From Squalus acanthias (lineage: Eukaryota): a stretch of 64,000 nucleotides of DNA. The stretch covers positions 372,001 to 436,000 of the forward strand of contig JASTWF010000336.1 of assembly GCA_030390025.1 (NCBI GenBank), read 5' to 3'. A program made the translations under genes and the position numbers. Below are positions 13,505-26,653 of the stretch, in pieces (the stretch's first letter is position 1; every line of letters begins with the position of its first letter). Below the pieces are notes generated by a model, which was not told the DNA's origin, searched no databases, and saw only the letters and a program-made list of their open reading frames with translations.

Positions 13505-14483
13505 AATATATTAATGATCTAGACGAGGGAACTAGATGTAATATCTCCAAGTTTGCAGACGACACAAAGCTGGGTGGGCGTGTGTGCTGTGAGGAGGATG
13601 CCGAGAAACTCCAGTATGATTTGGACAGGTTGGGTGATTGGGCAGATGCATGGCAGATGCAGTATAATGTGGATAAATGCGAGGTTATCCACTTTGGTGG
13701 CAAAAACAGGAAGACAGATTATTATCTGAACAGCAATAGATTGGGAAAAGGGGAAGTGCAACGAGACCTGGGTGTCCTTGTGCACCAGTCGCTGAAGGTA
13801 AGCATGCAGGTGCAGCAGGTGGTTAAGAAGGCAAATGGTATGTTGGCCTTCATAGCGAGAGGATTCGAGTACAGGAGCAAAGATGTCTTGTTGCAGTTGT
13901 ACAGGGCCTTGGTGAGACCACACCTTGAGTATTGTGTGCAGTTTTGGTCGCCTTATCTGAGGAAGGATGTTCTTGCCATGGAGGGAGTGCAGCGAAGATT
14001 CACCAGACTGGTACCTGGGATGGCAGGAATAATGTATGATGAGAGATTGGGTCGATTAGGCTTGTATTCGCTAGAGTTTAGAAGAGTGAGAGGGGATCTC
14101 ATTTAAACTTATAAAATTCTAACAGGATTAGACAGACTAGATGCAGGAAGGATGTTCCTGATGGCAGGGGAGTCCAGAACCAGGGATCACAGCCTAAGGA
14201 TAAGTGGTAAGCCATTTAGGACTGAGATGAGGAGGAATTTCTTCACCCAGAGAGTGGTGAACCTGTGGAATTCTCTACCACAGAAGGCAGTTGAGGCCAA
14301 TTCATTAAATATATTAAAGAAGGAGTTAGATATATTTCTTAAGGCTAAAGGGATCAAGGGATATGGGGAGAAAGCAGGGACAGGGTACTGAATTTGGATG
14401 ATCAGCCATGATCTCATTAAATGGCGGAGCAGGCTCGAGGGGCCAAATTACCTACTCCTGCTCCTATCTTCTATGTTTCCATG
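13505..14483 (+). mobile_element. CR1 LINE 3' fragment
   Basis: ORFs 13582-14106 and 14152-14391; 3' UTR and tail. Confidence 0.95.
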
Positions 14484-16728
14484 TTATATTCCAGGAAGCG
14501 ATGCACAATTTTACAGGTAGTCCCATGAGAATGGGAGATTTCAAGCTGGACTGTGCCAATCGGGTGGTCCCATTCATGATCCAGTGCTGGGTTTGGGTTG
14601 TGTCTGGATGCTGATAACTTACTATAGAACCGTCCTACACACCTGGTGTGGAGAATCTGAGTGCCGCTGTACTGCAGTGAGGTCAGACAATGACACTGTT
14701 TGTATCGTGGTTTCCTCTCTCCAGATACTTTACTTTATTATAAACAAACACATTCATTATAACTTTATTTTTATATTCTACCGACACCTGTCCATATCTT
14801 ATAACTAATATTGTTCTCTTATTAGTCCCTAGCAAAATACTTCAACGAGCCAGAATAAATGTGATCTTTCCTCCACCCGGAACACAAGGAACAGTGCAGG
14901 CAGCTCCTTCTCTCACACAGTAAGTACATTGTCACTCACAGAGCACAGAGACACAGAACTGGCCTCAATCCTATTATCACAGGCAGCAGAAGCAGTCAGT
15001 CCCACAGTGATCTGAATTCCCAGAGTTACATTATGAATCCCACAGTCACTTGCAGCAGTAGAATAAGATGTTGTTTCAAAGTCCAATCATCTCGCAATGA
15101 CAGGCAGATCTATTTTCACTCCCTCACACACACTCACGAACAGATAGACACTGATACGGTGTCAATCCACACTGCTGGCTGTACACAGACTCTCAAACCC
15201 AACAACTAACAGACAAGACCAGAGAATCGAAGGTAATGGACTGAACCAAACCTCCTCCTGATTCAGTCTCAGATAATCTCAAAATAGCATACGCCTGCAC
15301 AAGGTGGAGAAAGAATGGCATCCAACAGTCACACAGAGCAAGAATAGTACATTACAAGAGACTGTAAATTACATAATTCAGTCGGGGTAAGTTCAGTGGC
15401 CGTCGGGGCAGATTTTAAGAGGGAGAGTGGAGCAGGAACTAGTTCCGGGACATGGAGTAAGTGGGGGAAGGGAGAGGCCATTCTCGGGCTGTGTGTGGAC
15501 AGTGTAAGGTAACAGAGAAAGTAAAGCACCTCGCTCTTTCAAATCATTGCTGATTTCTTCCCCCAAATCAGTAGTGAATGTTCCTGATTCAATTCCAATC
15601 TCACTGTGTCTGTTGTTCTTGGACAGGGAACAGTGGAAACACAGCCTGACAGTGAGGATGTGAGGAGTTTCACAAAGTGCATCTATTGCAGGCACCAGGT
15701 GAGAAATGTGAAAGAACACATTTCAAAAATGGGTTATTTTGTTTCGGTGCGATGAGTTCTCCAGAACCGAGTTGCTGGTGATCGAGAGATACATTGTTGC
15801 TGCCTCAGATACATCAGGATCCGAGCTCTGAGAAATTCTGTTAACTACACAGCCCCTCAACTCGGTTTCAATAGATTGAAAATAATTGTTGTACAGCCCA
15901 GCTACCTATGGAATTATTCCAGGAAGCGATGCAGAATTTTACAGGTAGCCCCATGAGAATGGGAGATATAAACCTGGACTGTGCCAATCGGGTGGTCCCA
16001 TTCATGGTCCAGTGCTGGGTTTGGGTTGTGTCTGGATGCTGATAACTTACTATAGAACCGTCCTACACACCTGGTGTGGAGAATCTGAGTGCCGCTGTAC
16101 TGCAGTGAGGTCAGACAATGACACTGTTTGTATCGTGGTTTCCTCTCTCCAGATACTGTACTTTATTATAAACAGACACATTCATTATAACTTTATTTTT
16201 ATATTCTACAGCACCTGTCCATATCTTATAACTAATATTGTTCTCTTGAGCAAAATACTTCAACGAACCAGAATAAATGTGAGCTTTCCTCCACCTGGAA
16301 CACAAGGAACAGTGCTGGCAGCTCCTTCTCACACACAGTAAGTACATTATCACTCACAGAGCAGAGAGACACAGAACTGGCCTCAGTCCTATTATCACAG
16401 GCAGCAGAAGCAGTCAGTCCCACAGTGATCTGAATTCCCAGAGTTACATTATGAATCCCACAGTCACTTGCAGCAGTAGAATAAGATGTTGTTTCAAAGT
16501 CCAATCGTATCGCAATGACAAGCAGATCTATTTTCACTCCCTCACACACACTCACGAACAGATAGACACTGATACGGTGTCAATCCACACTGCTGGCTGT
16601 ACACAGACTCTCAAACCCAACAACTAACAGACAAGACCAGAGAATCGGAGGTAATGGACTGAACTAAACCTCCTGAGACAGTCGCATGTAATCTCAAACT
16701 AGCATTGGCCTACACAAGGTGGAGAAGG

Positions 16729-17155
16729 AATAGAAACATAGAAGATAGGAGCAGGAGAAGGCCATTCGGCCCCTCGAGCCTGCTCCGCCATTCGATGAGA
16801 TCATGACTGATCATCCAAACTCAGTACCCTGTCCTTGCCGCCTTCCCATATCCCTTGATACCTTTAGCCTTAAGAAATATATCTAACTCCTTCTCGAATA
16901 TATTTACTGGCTTGCCCTCAACTGCCTTCTGTGGTAGAGAATTCCACAGGTTCACCACTCTCTGGGTGAAGAAATTCCTCCTCATCTCTGTCCTAAATGG
17001 CTTACCCCTTATCCTTAGACTGCGATCCCTGGTTCTGGACTCACTCGCCATCGGGAACATCCTTCCCGCATCCAGTCTGACTAGCCCTGTTAGAATTTTA
17101 TAAGTTTCAATGAGATCTCCTCTCATTCTTCTGAACTCCAGCGAGTATAAGCCCA
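16729..17155 (-). mobile_element. CR1 LINE 3' fragment
   Basis: ORF 16821-17204 (RGDLIETYKI, FFTQRVVNLWNSLP); tail at 16729-16745. Confidence 0.93.
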
Positions 17156-18366
17156 ATGGAATACAACAGTCACACAGAGCAAGAATAGTGCAAGAGACTG
17201 TCAATTACATAATGATTCTCACACTCACCTGCATTACCAGTCTAACAGATACAGAATCAATCCCACACTCACAAAGCAGAGACAGACAGGTACAAAATAA
17301 AATCCACACTCACACCAGAAACTGACAGGTACAGACAAAACTCCACATCCATATACTAGAAACTGAGTTAGAGTAAAATCCACACACACATCCGAGTGAC
17401 CGATAGCTAGAGTAAAACCCACACTAACATACCAGGTTGACAGCTATAGATAAAATCAACACTCACTTAAAAGAGACTGACAGATGCAGAGTGAAACTCA
17501 CACTCACATCCCAGAGAGTGACAGTTACAGGGTGAAACCCACACCCACAAGCATAGACTGGCAGATACATACTGAAATCCACACTCCCCTACCAGAAACA
17601 GGCAGCGACTGATTAAAACCTTTACTCATATAACAGAAACTGACAGGTACAGCATAAAATCCCACTCATGTACTAGCAACTGACATTTACAGAGATAGTA
17701 CCACACTCACATACAAGAGATAGAAAGTTACAGAGTGAAATCCACACTCGCACACCAGAAGCTGACAGATACAGAATAAAATCCCAGAGACTGACAGGTA
17801 CAGAGTAAAGCCCGCACTCACATTCCAGATTCTGAATGATACAGATACAGATTAATGCCATTACTCACAAACAAGTGACTTACAGATGCAGACTAAATTC
17901 CACACTCCCCTCCCAGAAATTGTCAGGTACTGAATAAAACCCTTACTCTTCCAAAAAAAAATTAACAGTTACAGCATAAAGCTCACACTCACATACCAGA
18001 GACTGTCAGATAGAGTGAAACTCACACTCACATACCAGAGACTGTCAGATACAGAGTGAAACTCACATTCCAGAGACTGTCAGATACAGAGTGAAACTCA
18101 CATTCCAGAGACTGTCAGATACAGAGTGAAACTCACACTGACATTCCAGAGACTGTCAGATACAGAGTGAAACTCACACTCACATACCAGAGACTGTCAG
18201 ATACAGAGTGAAACTCACACTCACATACCAGAGACTGTCAGATACAGAGTGAAACTCACACTCACATACCAGAGACTGACAGATACAGAATTAAATCCAC
18301 ACTCACATACCAGAGACTTTCAGATACAGAGTGAAACTCACATTCACATCCTTGAAACTGTCAGCT

Positions 18367-19090
18367 ATAAGAAAATAAGAAATAGGAGCAGGAATAAGTC
18401 ACACAGCCCCTCAAGCTGCTCCGCCATTCACTAAGATCATGGCTGAACTTCAACCACAACTCCAATATCCCACCCTCTCCCGATATCTCTTGATTCCCTT
18501 CGTGCCCAAAATTCTATCGATCTCAGTCTTGAATACACTCATCGACTGAGCTTCCACAGCCCTCTGGGGTAGAGAATTCCAAAGATTCACAACCCACTGA
18601 GTGAATACATTTCTCATCATCTCAATCCTAATTGGCCGATGCCTTATCATGAGAGGATGACCCCTAGTTCTAGACTTTCCTGCCAGGGGAAACAGCCTCG
18701 CAGCATCTACCCCTGTCAAACTAATAAGAAATTGAAATGTTTCAATGAGATCACCTTTCATTCTTCTAAACTCCAGACAATATAGGCACATTTTACTCAA
18801 TCTCTCCTCATAGGACAGCCCTCTCATCCCAGGAATCAATCTGGTGAACATTTGTTGCACCTTCTAAACCTAGTATAACCTTCCTTATATAAGGAGAACA
18901 AAATGTACAAAGTACTCAAGTTATGGTATAACCAAAGGCCTATGTAATTCCAGCAACACTTACTTATTCGTTTACAGCAACCCTTTTGCCATAAAGGCTA
19001 ATGTACCATTTACCTTCCCAATTGATTGTTGTACCTGCATGTTAACTTCCTGCGATTCTTGTAAAAGGACACTCAAATCCCTCTGAATAG
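18367..19090 (-). mobile_element. Diverged CR1 LINE 3' fragment
   Basis: ORF 18450-18860 CR1 C-terminal motifs. Confidence 0.88.
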
Positions 19091-21654
19091 GGACAGAGGG
19101 AAACCCACACTCACATACCAGAGACTGTCAGGGACAGAGTAAAATCCTCAATCATACAACAGATACTGGCAGATACATAATGCAACCCACTCACACATAC
19201 CAGAAACCACAGGAACAAAATAAAGCACATACTCACATACCAGACACTGACTGGTACAAAGAAAAACCCACACTCACATCCCAGAGACAGACAGGTACAG
19301 AGTAAAACACACACACACATGGCAGAAACTGACAATTACAGACAAAAACCCACACTCACATCCCAGAGTATGACAGATATAGAGTAAAACCTACCCTCGC
19401 ACACGAAAGATTAACAGATACAGAGTAAAACCCACACTCACATCCCAGAGACAGACAGGTACAGAGTAAAACACACACTCACATCCCAGAGTATGACAGA
19501 TATAGAGTAAAACCCACACTCACATCCCAGAGACAGACAGGTACAGAGTAAAACACACACACACATGGCAGAAACTGACAATTACAGACAAAAACCCACA
19601 CTCACATCCCAGAGTATGACAGATACAGAGTAAAACCCACACTCACATCCCAGAGTATGACAGATATAGAGTAAAACCAACAGTCACATCCCAGAGTATG
19701 ACAGATACAGAGTAAAACCCACACACACATCCCAGAGTATGACAGGTACAGAGTAAAACACACACACACATCCCAGAAACTGACAATTACAGACAAAAAC
19801 CCACACACACATCCCAGAGACAGACAGGTACAGAGTAAAACCCACACTCACATCCCAGAGTATGACAGATATTGAGTAAAACACACACTCACAACCCAGA
19901 GTATGACAGATGTAGAGTAAAACCCGCACACACATCCCAGAGTATGACAGATACAGAGTAAAACCCCCACACACATCCCAGAGTATGACAGATACAGAGT
20001 AAAACCCCCACACACATCCCAGAGTATGACATATACAGAGTAAAACCCACACATACATCCCAGAGTACGACAGATATAGAGTAAAACCCGCACACACATC
20101 CCAGAGTATGACAGATACAGAGTAAAACACACACACACATCCCAGAGTATGACATATACAGAGTAAAACCCACACACACATCCCAGAGTATGACATATAC
20201 AGAGTCAAACACCCACACACATCCCAGATTATGACATTTACAGGTTAAAACCCACACAAACATCCCAGAGTATAGCATATACAGAGTAAAACCGACACTC
20301 ATATCCCAGAAACTAGCAGGTACTGATTCCAATCCTCACACATATAACAGTAACTAAAAGGTACATAATACAAACCACTCGCACATACAAGAAACCAAAA
20401 GGTGCAGAATAAAGCCCATCCTCACAAACCAGACACTGACAGGGACAAAGAAAAACGCACACTCGGATACCAGAGACTGACAGATACAGAATAAACTCAC
20501 TCTCACTCACCTGTGACTGACTGATACAGAAGAATCCCACACTCACATACCAGAAGCTGACAGGTACATAGTAAAACCCACCTTTGCATACCAGAAACAG
20601 AAGATAGTGAAAAAGACACTCACATAGCAGAGACTGACAGATAAAGACTAAAACCCACACTCCCGCACCAGAAACTTACAGATTCAGCGTAACCCTTTCT
20701 TCCACAGCAGAAATTGACAGGTAGAAAGGAAAAGCCACACTCATGTATCAGAAACTAACTGGTACAGAGTAAAACCAGTAATAGCATACCAGAGACCGAT
20801 GGGTACAGAGTAGAACCCACATTCACAAACCAGAGACTGATTGATGCACAGTAAAACTCACAATCACATATCACAAACAGCCAGTTATAGCATAAAACCC
20901 ACACTCACATGTCAGACACTGATAGATAGAGAATAAAAAATGCATTCAAATACCATACACAGACAGACACAGACTAAAACCCACATTCACAAACCAAAGG
21001 CTGACAGATACAGAATAAAACCCATTCTCACAGAAGAGAAATTGAAAGATGCAGAATAAAACACACACTCACATATCAGAGACTGACTGGTAGAGTAAAA
21101 CCCATAATTCACATATCTGAAACTGATAGTACAGGGTAAAAGCCACATTCACGTACCAGAGACTGACAGGTACAGATTGAATCACACACTGACACACAGT
21201 ATCAGAGGGTGACAGACACAGAATGGATCCCAAACTCACATACAGTACCAGAAATGATAGACACAATGAATCCCACACTGTCACAGATTATTAAAGACTG
21301 ACTGGTACAGAATGAATCTCACTCTCACACATAATCCAGAGACTGACAGAGAATGTACCTCACTGTCACATAAAGTACCAGAAACTGACAAATACAGAAT
21401 CAATCACACAATGACAAGAGTATTAGAGACAGACATACAGAATGATTCTCACTCTCACACACAGTACCGGAGACTGAGAGACACAGCATTAATCTAAATC
21501 TCACATAGAGCTCCAGAGACTGACAGATATAGAATTAACCTCACTCCCACATACAGTATCAGAGATTGTCATTTACAGAATTAATCTAACTGTCACATAC
21601 AGTATCAGAGACTGAGAGATCCAGAATTAATCTATCTCTCACATACAATGTACA

Positions 21655-21817
21655 GAGATCGATAGACTTTTGAATATTAAGGCAATCAAGGGATATGGGG
21701 ATAGTTCAGGAAAGTGGAGATGAGGTAGAAGATCAGCCATGATCTTATTGAATGGCGGAGCAGGCTCGAAGGGCCAAATGGCCGACTCCTGCTCTTATTT
21801 CTTATGTTCTTATGTTC
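21655..21817 (+). mobile_element. CR1 3' tail fragment
   Basis: Near-identical to ~42582-42745; TTCTTATG tail. Confidence 0.85.
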
Positions 21818-22384
21818 TAATTGATTGTTGTACCTGCATGTTAACTTTCTGTAATTCATGTAAAAGGACACTCAAATCCCTCTGAATAGGGACAGAGGAA
21901 AACCCACACTCACATATCAGAGACTGTCAGGGACAGAGTAAAATCCTCAATCATATAACAGAAACTGACAGATACATCATACAGTCCACTCACACATACC
22001 AGAAACCAACAGGTACAAAATAAAGCCCACACTCACATACCAGACACTGACTGGTACAAAGAAAAACCCACACTCACATCCCAGAGACAGACAGGTACAG
22101 AGTAAAACACACACACACGTGGCAGAAACTGAGAACTACAGACAGAAACCCACACTCACATCCCAGAGACATAAGAATTAGAAGCAGGAGTAGGCCGTAC
22201 GGCCCCTCGAGCCTCACAGATACAGAATAAAGCCACAGTCACACACCAGAGATTGTCAGGTACAGAATGACCACCCACTCTTCCATACCAGAAACTGACA
22301 GGTAAAGATTAAAACCAACACTCGGGAACCAGAAACTGACACATATAGAGTAAAACCCACCCTCGCACACCAAAGACTAACAGA

Positions 22385-23202
22385 ACAGTGGCAAATGGAA
22401 TTTAACCCTGAAAAGTGTGAGGTGATGCATTTTGGGAGGACTAAGAAGGCAAGGGAATACACAATGAATGGTAGGACCCTAGGAAGGACAGAGGATCAGA
22501 GGGACCTTGGTGTGCATGTACATAGATCCCTGAAGGCAGCAGGACTTGTAGATAAGGTGGTTAAGAAGGCATATGGAATACTTGCCTTCATTAGCCGAGG
22601 CATAGAATATAAGAGCAGGGAGGTTATGATGGAGCTGTACAAAATGCTAGTTAGGCCACAGCTGGAATACTGTGTGCAGTTCTGGTCGCCACACTATAGG
22701 AAGGATGTGATTGCATTGGAAAGGGTGCAGAGGAGATTCACCAGGATGTTACCTGGGCTGGAGCGCTTCAGCTATGAAGAGAGACTGGGTAGGCTGGGGT
22801 TGTTTTCCTTAGAGCAGAGAAGGCTGAGGGGGGACCTGATTTGAGGTGTACAAAATTATGAGGGGCATAGATAGGGTAGATAGAAAGGAACTTTTCTCCT
22901 TAGTAGAGGGGTCAATAACAAGGGGGCATAGTTTCAAGGAAAGGGGCAGGAGGTTTAGAGGGGATTTGAGGAAAAACTTTTTCACCCAGAGGGTGGTTGG
23001 AATCTGGAACTCACTGCCTAAAAGGGTGGTAGAGGCAGGACCCTCACAACATTCAAGAAGCATTTAGATGAGCACTTGAAACGCCATAGCATACAAGGCT
23101 ATGGACCAAGTGCTGGAAAATGGGATTAGAATAGATAGGGCTTGATGGCGGTGCGGACACGATGGGCCGAAGGGCCTCTTTCTGTGCTGTATAAATCTAT
23201 GA
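22385..23202 (+). mobile_element. CR1 LINE 3' fragment (different subfamily)
   Basis: ORFs 22395-22844 and 22846-23067; distinct 3' UTR. Confidence 0.92.
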
Positions 23203-24618
23203 CTGAGATACAGAGTAAAACCCACCCTTGCAAACGAAAGACTAACAGATACAGAGTAAAACCCACACACATATTCCAGAGTATAGCAGATATAGAGTAA
23301 AACCCACCTTCACATCCCAGAGTATAGAAGATACAGAGTAAAACCCACATTCACATCAAAGAGTATGACAGATACAGAGTAAAACACACACTCACATCCC
23401 AGAGTATGACAGACAGTGTAAAATCTAAAACTCACATCCCAGAGTATGACAGATAGTGTAAAACCTGCACACACGTCCCAGAGTATGACAGATACAGAGT
23501 AACATTCACACTCACATCCCAGAAACTAGCAGGTATTGATTGCAATCCTCACACATATAACAGTAACTAAAATGTACATAATACAACCCACTCGCACATA
23601 CAAGAAACCAAAAGGTGCAGAATAAAGCCCATCCTCACAAGCCAGACACTGACAGGTACAAAGAAAAATGCACACTCAGATATCAGAGACTGACAGATAC
23701 AGAATAAACTCACACTCACTCACCAATGACTGACTGATACAGAAGAAACCCACACTCGCATACCAGAAGCTGACAGGTACATAATAAAATCCACCTTTGC
23801 ATACCAGAAACAGAAGATAGTGAAAAAGACACTCACATAGCAGAGACTGACAGATAAAGACTAAAACCCACACTCACGCACCAGAAACTTACAGATTCAG
23901 CGTAACCCTTTCTTCCACAGCAGAAATTGACAGGTAGAAAGGAAAAGCCACACTCATGTATCAGAAACTAACTGGTACAGAGTAAAACCAGTAATAGCAT
24001 ACCAGAGACCGATGGGTACAGAATAGAACCCACATTCACAAACCAGAGACTGATTGATGCACAGTAAAACTCACAATCACATATCACAAACAGCCAGTTA
24101 TAGCATAAAACCCACACTCACATGTCAGACACTGATAGATAGAGAATAAAAAATGCATTCAAATACCATAGACAGACAGACACAGACTAAAACCCACATT
24201 CACAAACCACAAACTGACAGATACAGAATAAAACCCACTCTCACAGAACAGAAATTGAAAGATGCAGAATAAAACCCAAAATTCACATATCAGAAACTGA
24301 CAGTCACAGAGTAAAACCCACACTCTCATCAGAGACTGACAGGTACAGGGTAAAACCCACATTCATGTACCTGAGACTGACAGGTACAGATTGAATCACA
24401 CACTGACACAGAGTATCAGAGGGTGACAGACACAGAATGAATCCCACACTCCCATACAGTACCAGAAAATGATAGACATACAATGAATCCCACACTGGCA
24501 CTGATAATTAAAGACTGACTGGTACAGAATGAATCTCACTCTCACACATAATCCAGAGACTGACAGAGAATGTAAAGTACTAGACACTCACAAATACAGA
24601 ATCAATCACACAATGACA

Positions 24619-26653
24619 GGGGAAATTAGAGACAGCATAAAATCCAAAGATAGGGCGTATAAAATAGCCAAAAAAAGCGCCAGAGCGGAAGATTGGGAAC
24701 AGTTTAAGATAGAGCAAAGGAGGACAAAGGGCTTAATCAAGAGGGGCAAAATAGCTTACGAAAGCAAGCTGGCGGAAAATATAAAAACTAACTCCAAAAG
24801 CTTTTATAAGTATATCAAGAGGAAAAGACTGGTGAAAACCAAAGTTGGCCCATTGCAGTCAGATACGGGGGAATATATAACGGGAAATAAGGAAATGGCA
24901 GACCAACTAAATGCATACTTTGGGTCAGTCTTTACGAAGGAAGACACAAAAAACCTCCCTGGGATATCGGGAAAAATAGGGACATTTGCAAAGGAGGAAC
25001 TGACGCAAATCAATATCTCTAAGGATATGGTGTTAAGGAAGCTAAAGGGATTGAAGGCTGACAAATCCCCAGGGCCTGATAACATGCATCCTAGGGTACT
25101 GAAGGAGGTGGCCCTAGAGATAGCGGATGCACTAAGTATGATTTTTCAGAATTCATTAGACTCGGGAACAGTGCCCATGGATTGGAGGGTAGCTAACGTT
25201 ACCCCACTATTCAAAAAGGGGGGTAGGGAAAAAGCAGGTAATTACAGACCTGTAAGCCTTACATCAGTTGTGGGCAAAATGCTGGAGTCCATCATTAAGG
25301 ATGAAATAGCGGAGCACTTAGCAAATGGGGACAGGATAGGACAGAGTCAACATGGATTTACAAAGGGTAAATCGTGCTTGACTAATCTATTGGAATTTTT
25401 TGAGGGAGTAACTGGTAAAATAGATGGGGGAGAGCCAGTAGATGTGGTGTACCTGGACTTCCAAAAGGCCTTCGATAAGGTCCCACATAAAAGATTAGCA
25501 GGGAAAATTGAAGCTCATGGGATAAAGGGGAAAGTATTGACGTGGATAGAGAACTGGCTGTCAGATAGAAAACAGAGAGTTGGAATAAACGGCTCATTTT
25601 CTGAATGGCAGGCAGTAACAAGTGGTGTACCACAGGGATCTGTCCTGGGTCCCCAGCTGTTCACAATTTACATTAATGACCTGGATCAGGGAGTCGGATG
25701 CAGCATTTCCAAATTTGCAGACGACACTAAACTAGGAGGGGGGGTGGGCTCAGAGGAGGAGACCAGGAAGCTCCAGAGCGATTTGGACAGACTGGGTGAT
25801 TGGGCGGATAAATGGCAGATGCACTATAATGTGGACAAGTGCGAAGTTATCCACCTTGGGTGCAGGAACGGGAGGGCAAATTATTATTTAAATGGCAATA
25901 AATTGGGAGAGGGGGAAGTACAGAGAGACCTGGGTGTTCTTGTACATCAGTCACTGAAGGCGAGCATGCAGGTGCAACAGGCGGTCAAGAAGGCAAACGG
26001 TATGCTGGCCTTCATAGCAAAAGGGTTGGAATACAGGAACAGGGATACCTTGCTGCAGCTGTACAGGGCACTGGTGAGACCACACCTCGAGTACTGTGTA
26101 CAGTTTTGGTCGCCTCATCTGAGGAAAGATGTTCTTGCCATGGAGGGGGTGCAGCGGCGATTCACCAGGCTGATACCAGGAATGGCGGGATTGACCTATG
26201 AGGAGAGACTATGTAGTTTAGGGATGTACACACTGGAGTTTAGAAGATTGAGAGGGGACCTCATAGAAGTGTATAAAATTCTGACAGGTCTAGACAGACT
26301 AGATGCAGAAGGAATGTTTCCCTTGGCGGGTGAGAACAGAACTAGAGGACATAATTTAAGGATAAGGGCTAAACCATTTAGGACAGAAATGAGGGGGAAT
26401 TTCTTCACTCAGAGGGTGGTGAACCTCTGGAACTCATTGCCACAGAGGGCAGTGTACGCCAGCTCATTAAATATATTTAAGAGGGAATTAGATATATTTC
26501 TACAGGCAAAAGGGGTTAAGGGTTACGGAGAGAAGGCGGGGACGGGATACTGAATTGGAGGATCAGCCATGATCTCATTAAATGGCGGAGCAGGCTCGAA
26601 GGGCTGGATGGCCTACTCCTGCTCCTATCTTCTATGTATCTATGCATCTATGT
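24619..26653 (+). mobile_element. Young 5'-truncated CR1 LINE with uninterrupted RT reading frame
   Basis: ORF 24529-26553 with RT motifs (NYRPVSL, QHGF, KAFDKV, PQGS, FADD); ATGACA on both sides; empty site in the duplicate at ~21411. Confidence 0.96.

Larger units (their letters stand above)
11795..16730. repeat. ~1.4 kb tandem repeat unit, about 2.5-3 copies, broken by CR1 insertions
   Basis: 11795-12230 ~ 15378-15817; 12940-13400 ~ 14483-14945 ~ 15912-16360; 14483-15330 ~ 15912-16730. Confidence 0.9.

Noticed and set aside
19100..24600. Cys/Val/Tyr-rich minus-strand ORFs (e.g. 19684-20220)
   Set aside because: Translations of the 41-bp satellite; no sign of coding function
24529..24618. 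N-terminus of the 674-aa ORF as a novel fusion protein
   Set aside because: Chance in-frame read-in from satellite into a 5'-truncated CR1
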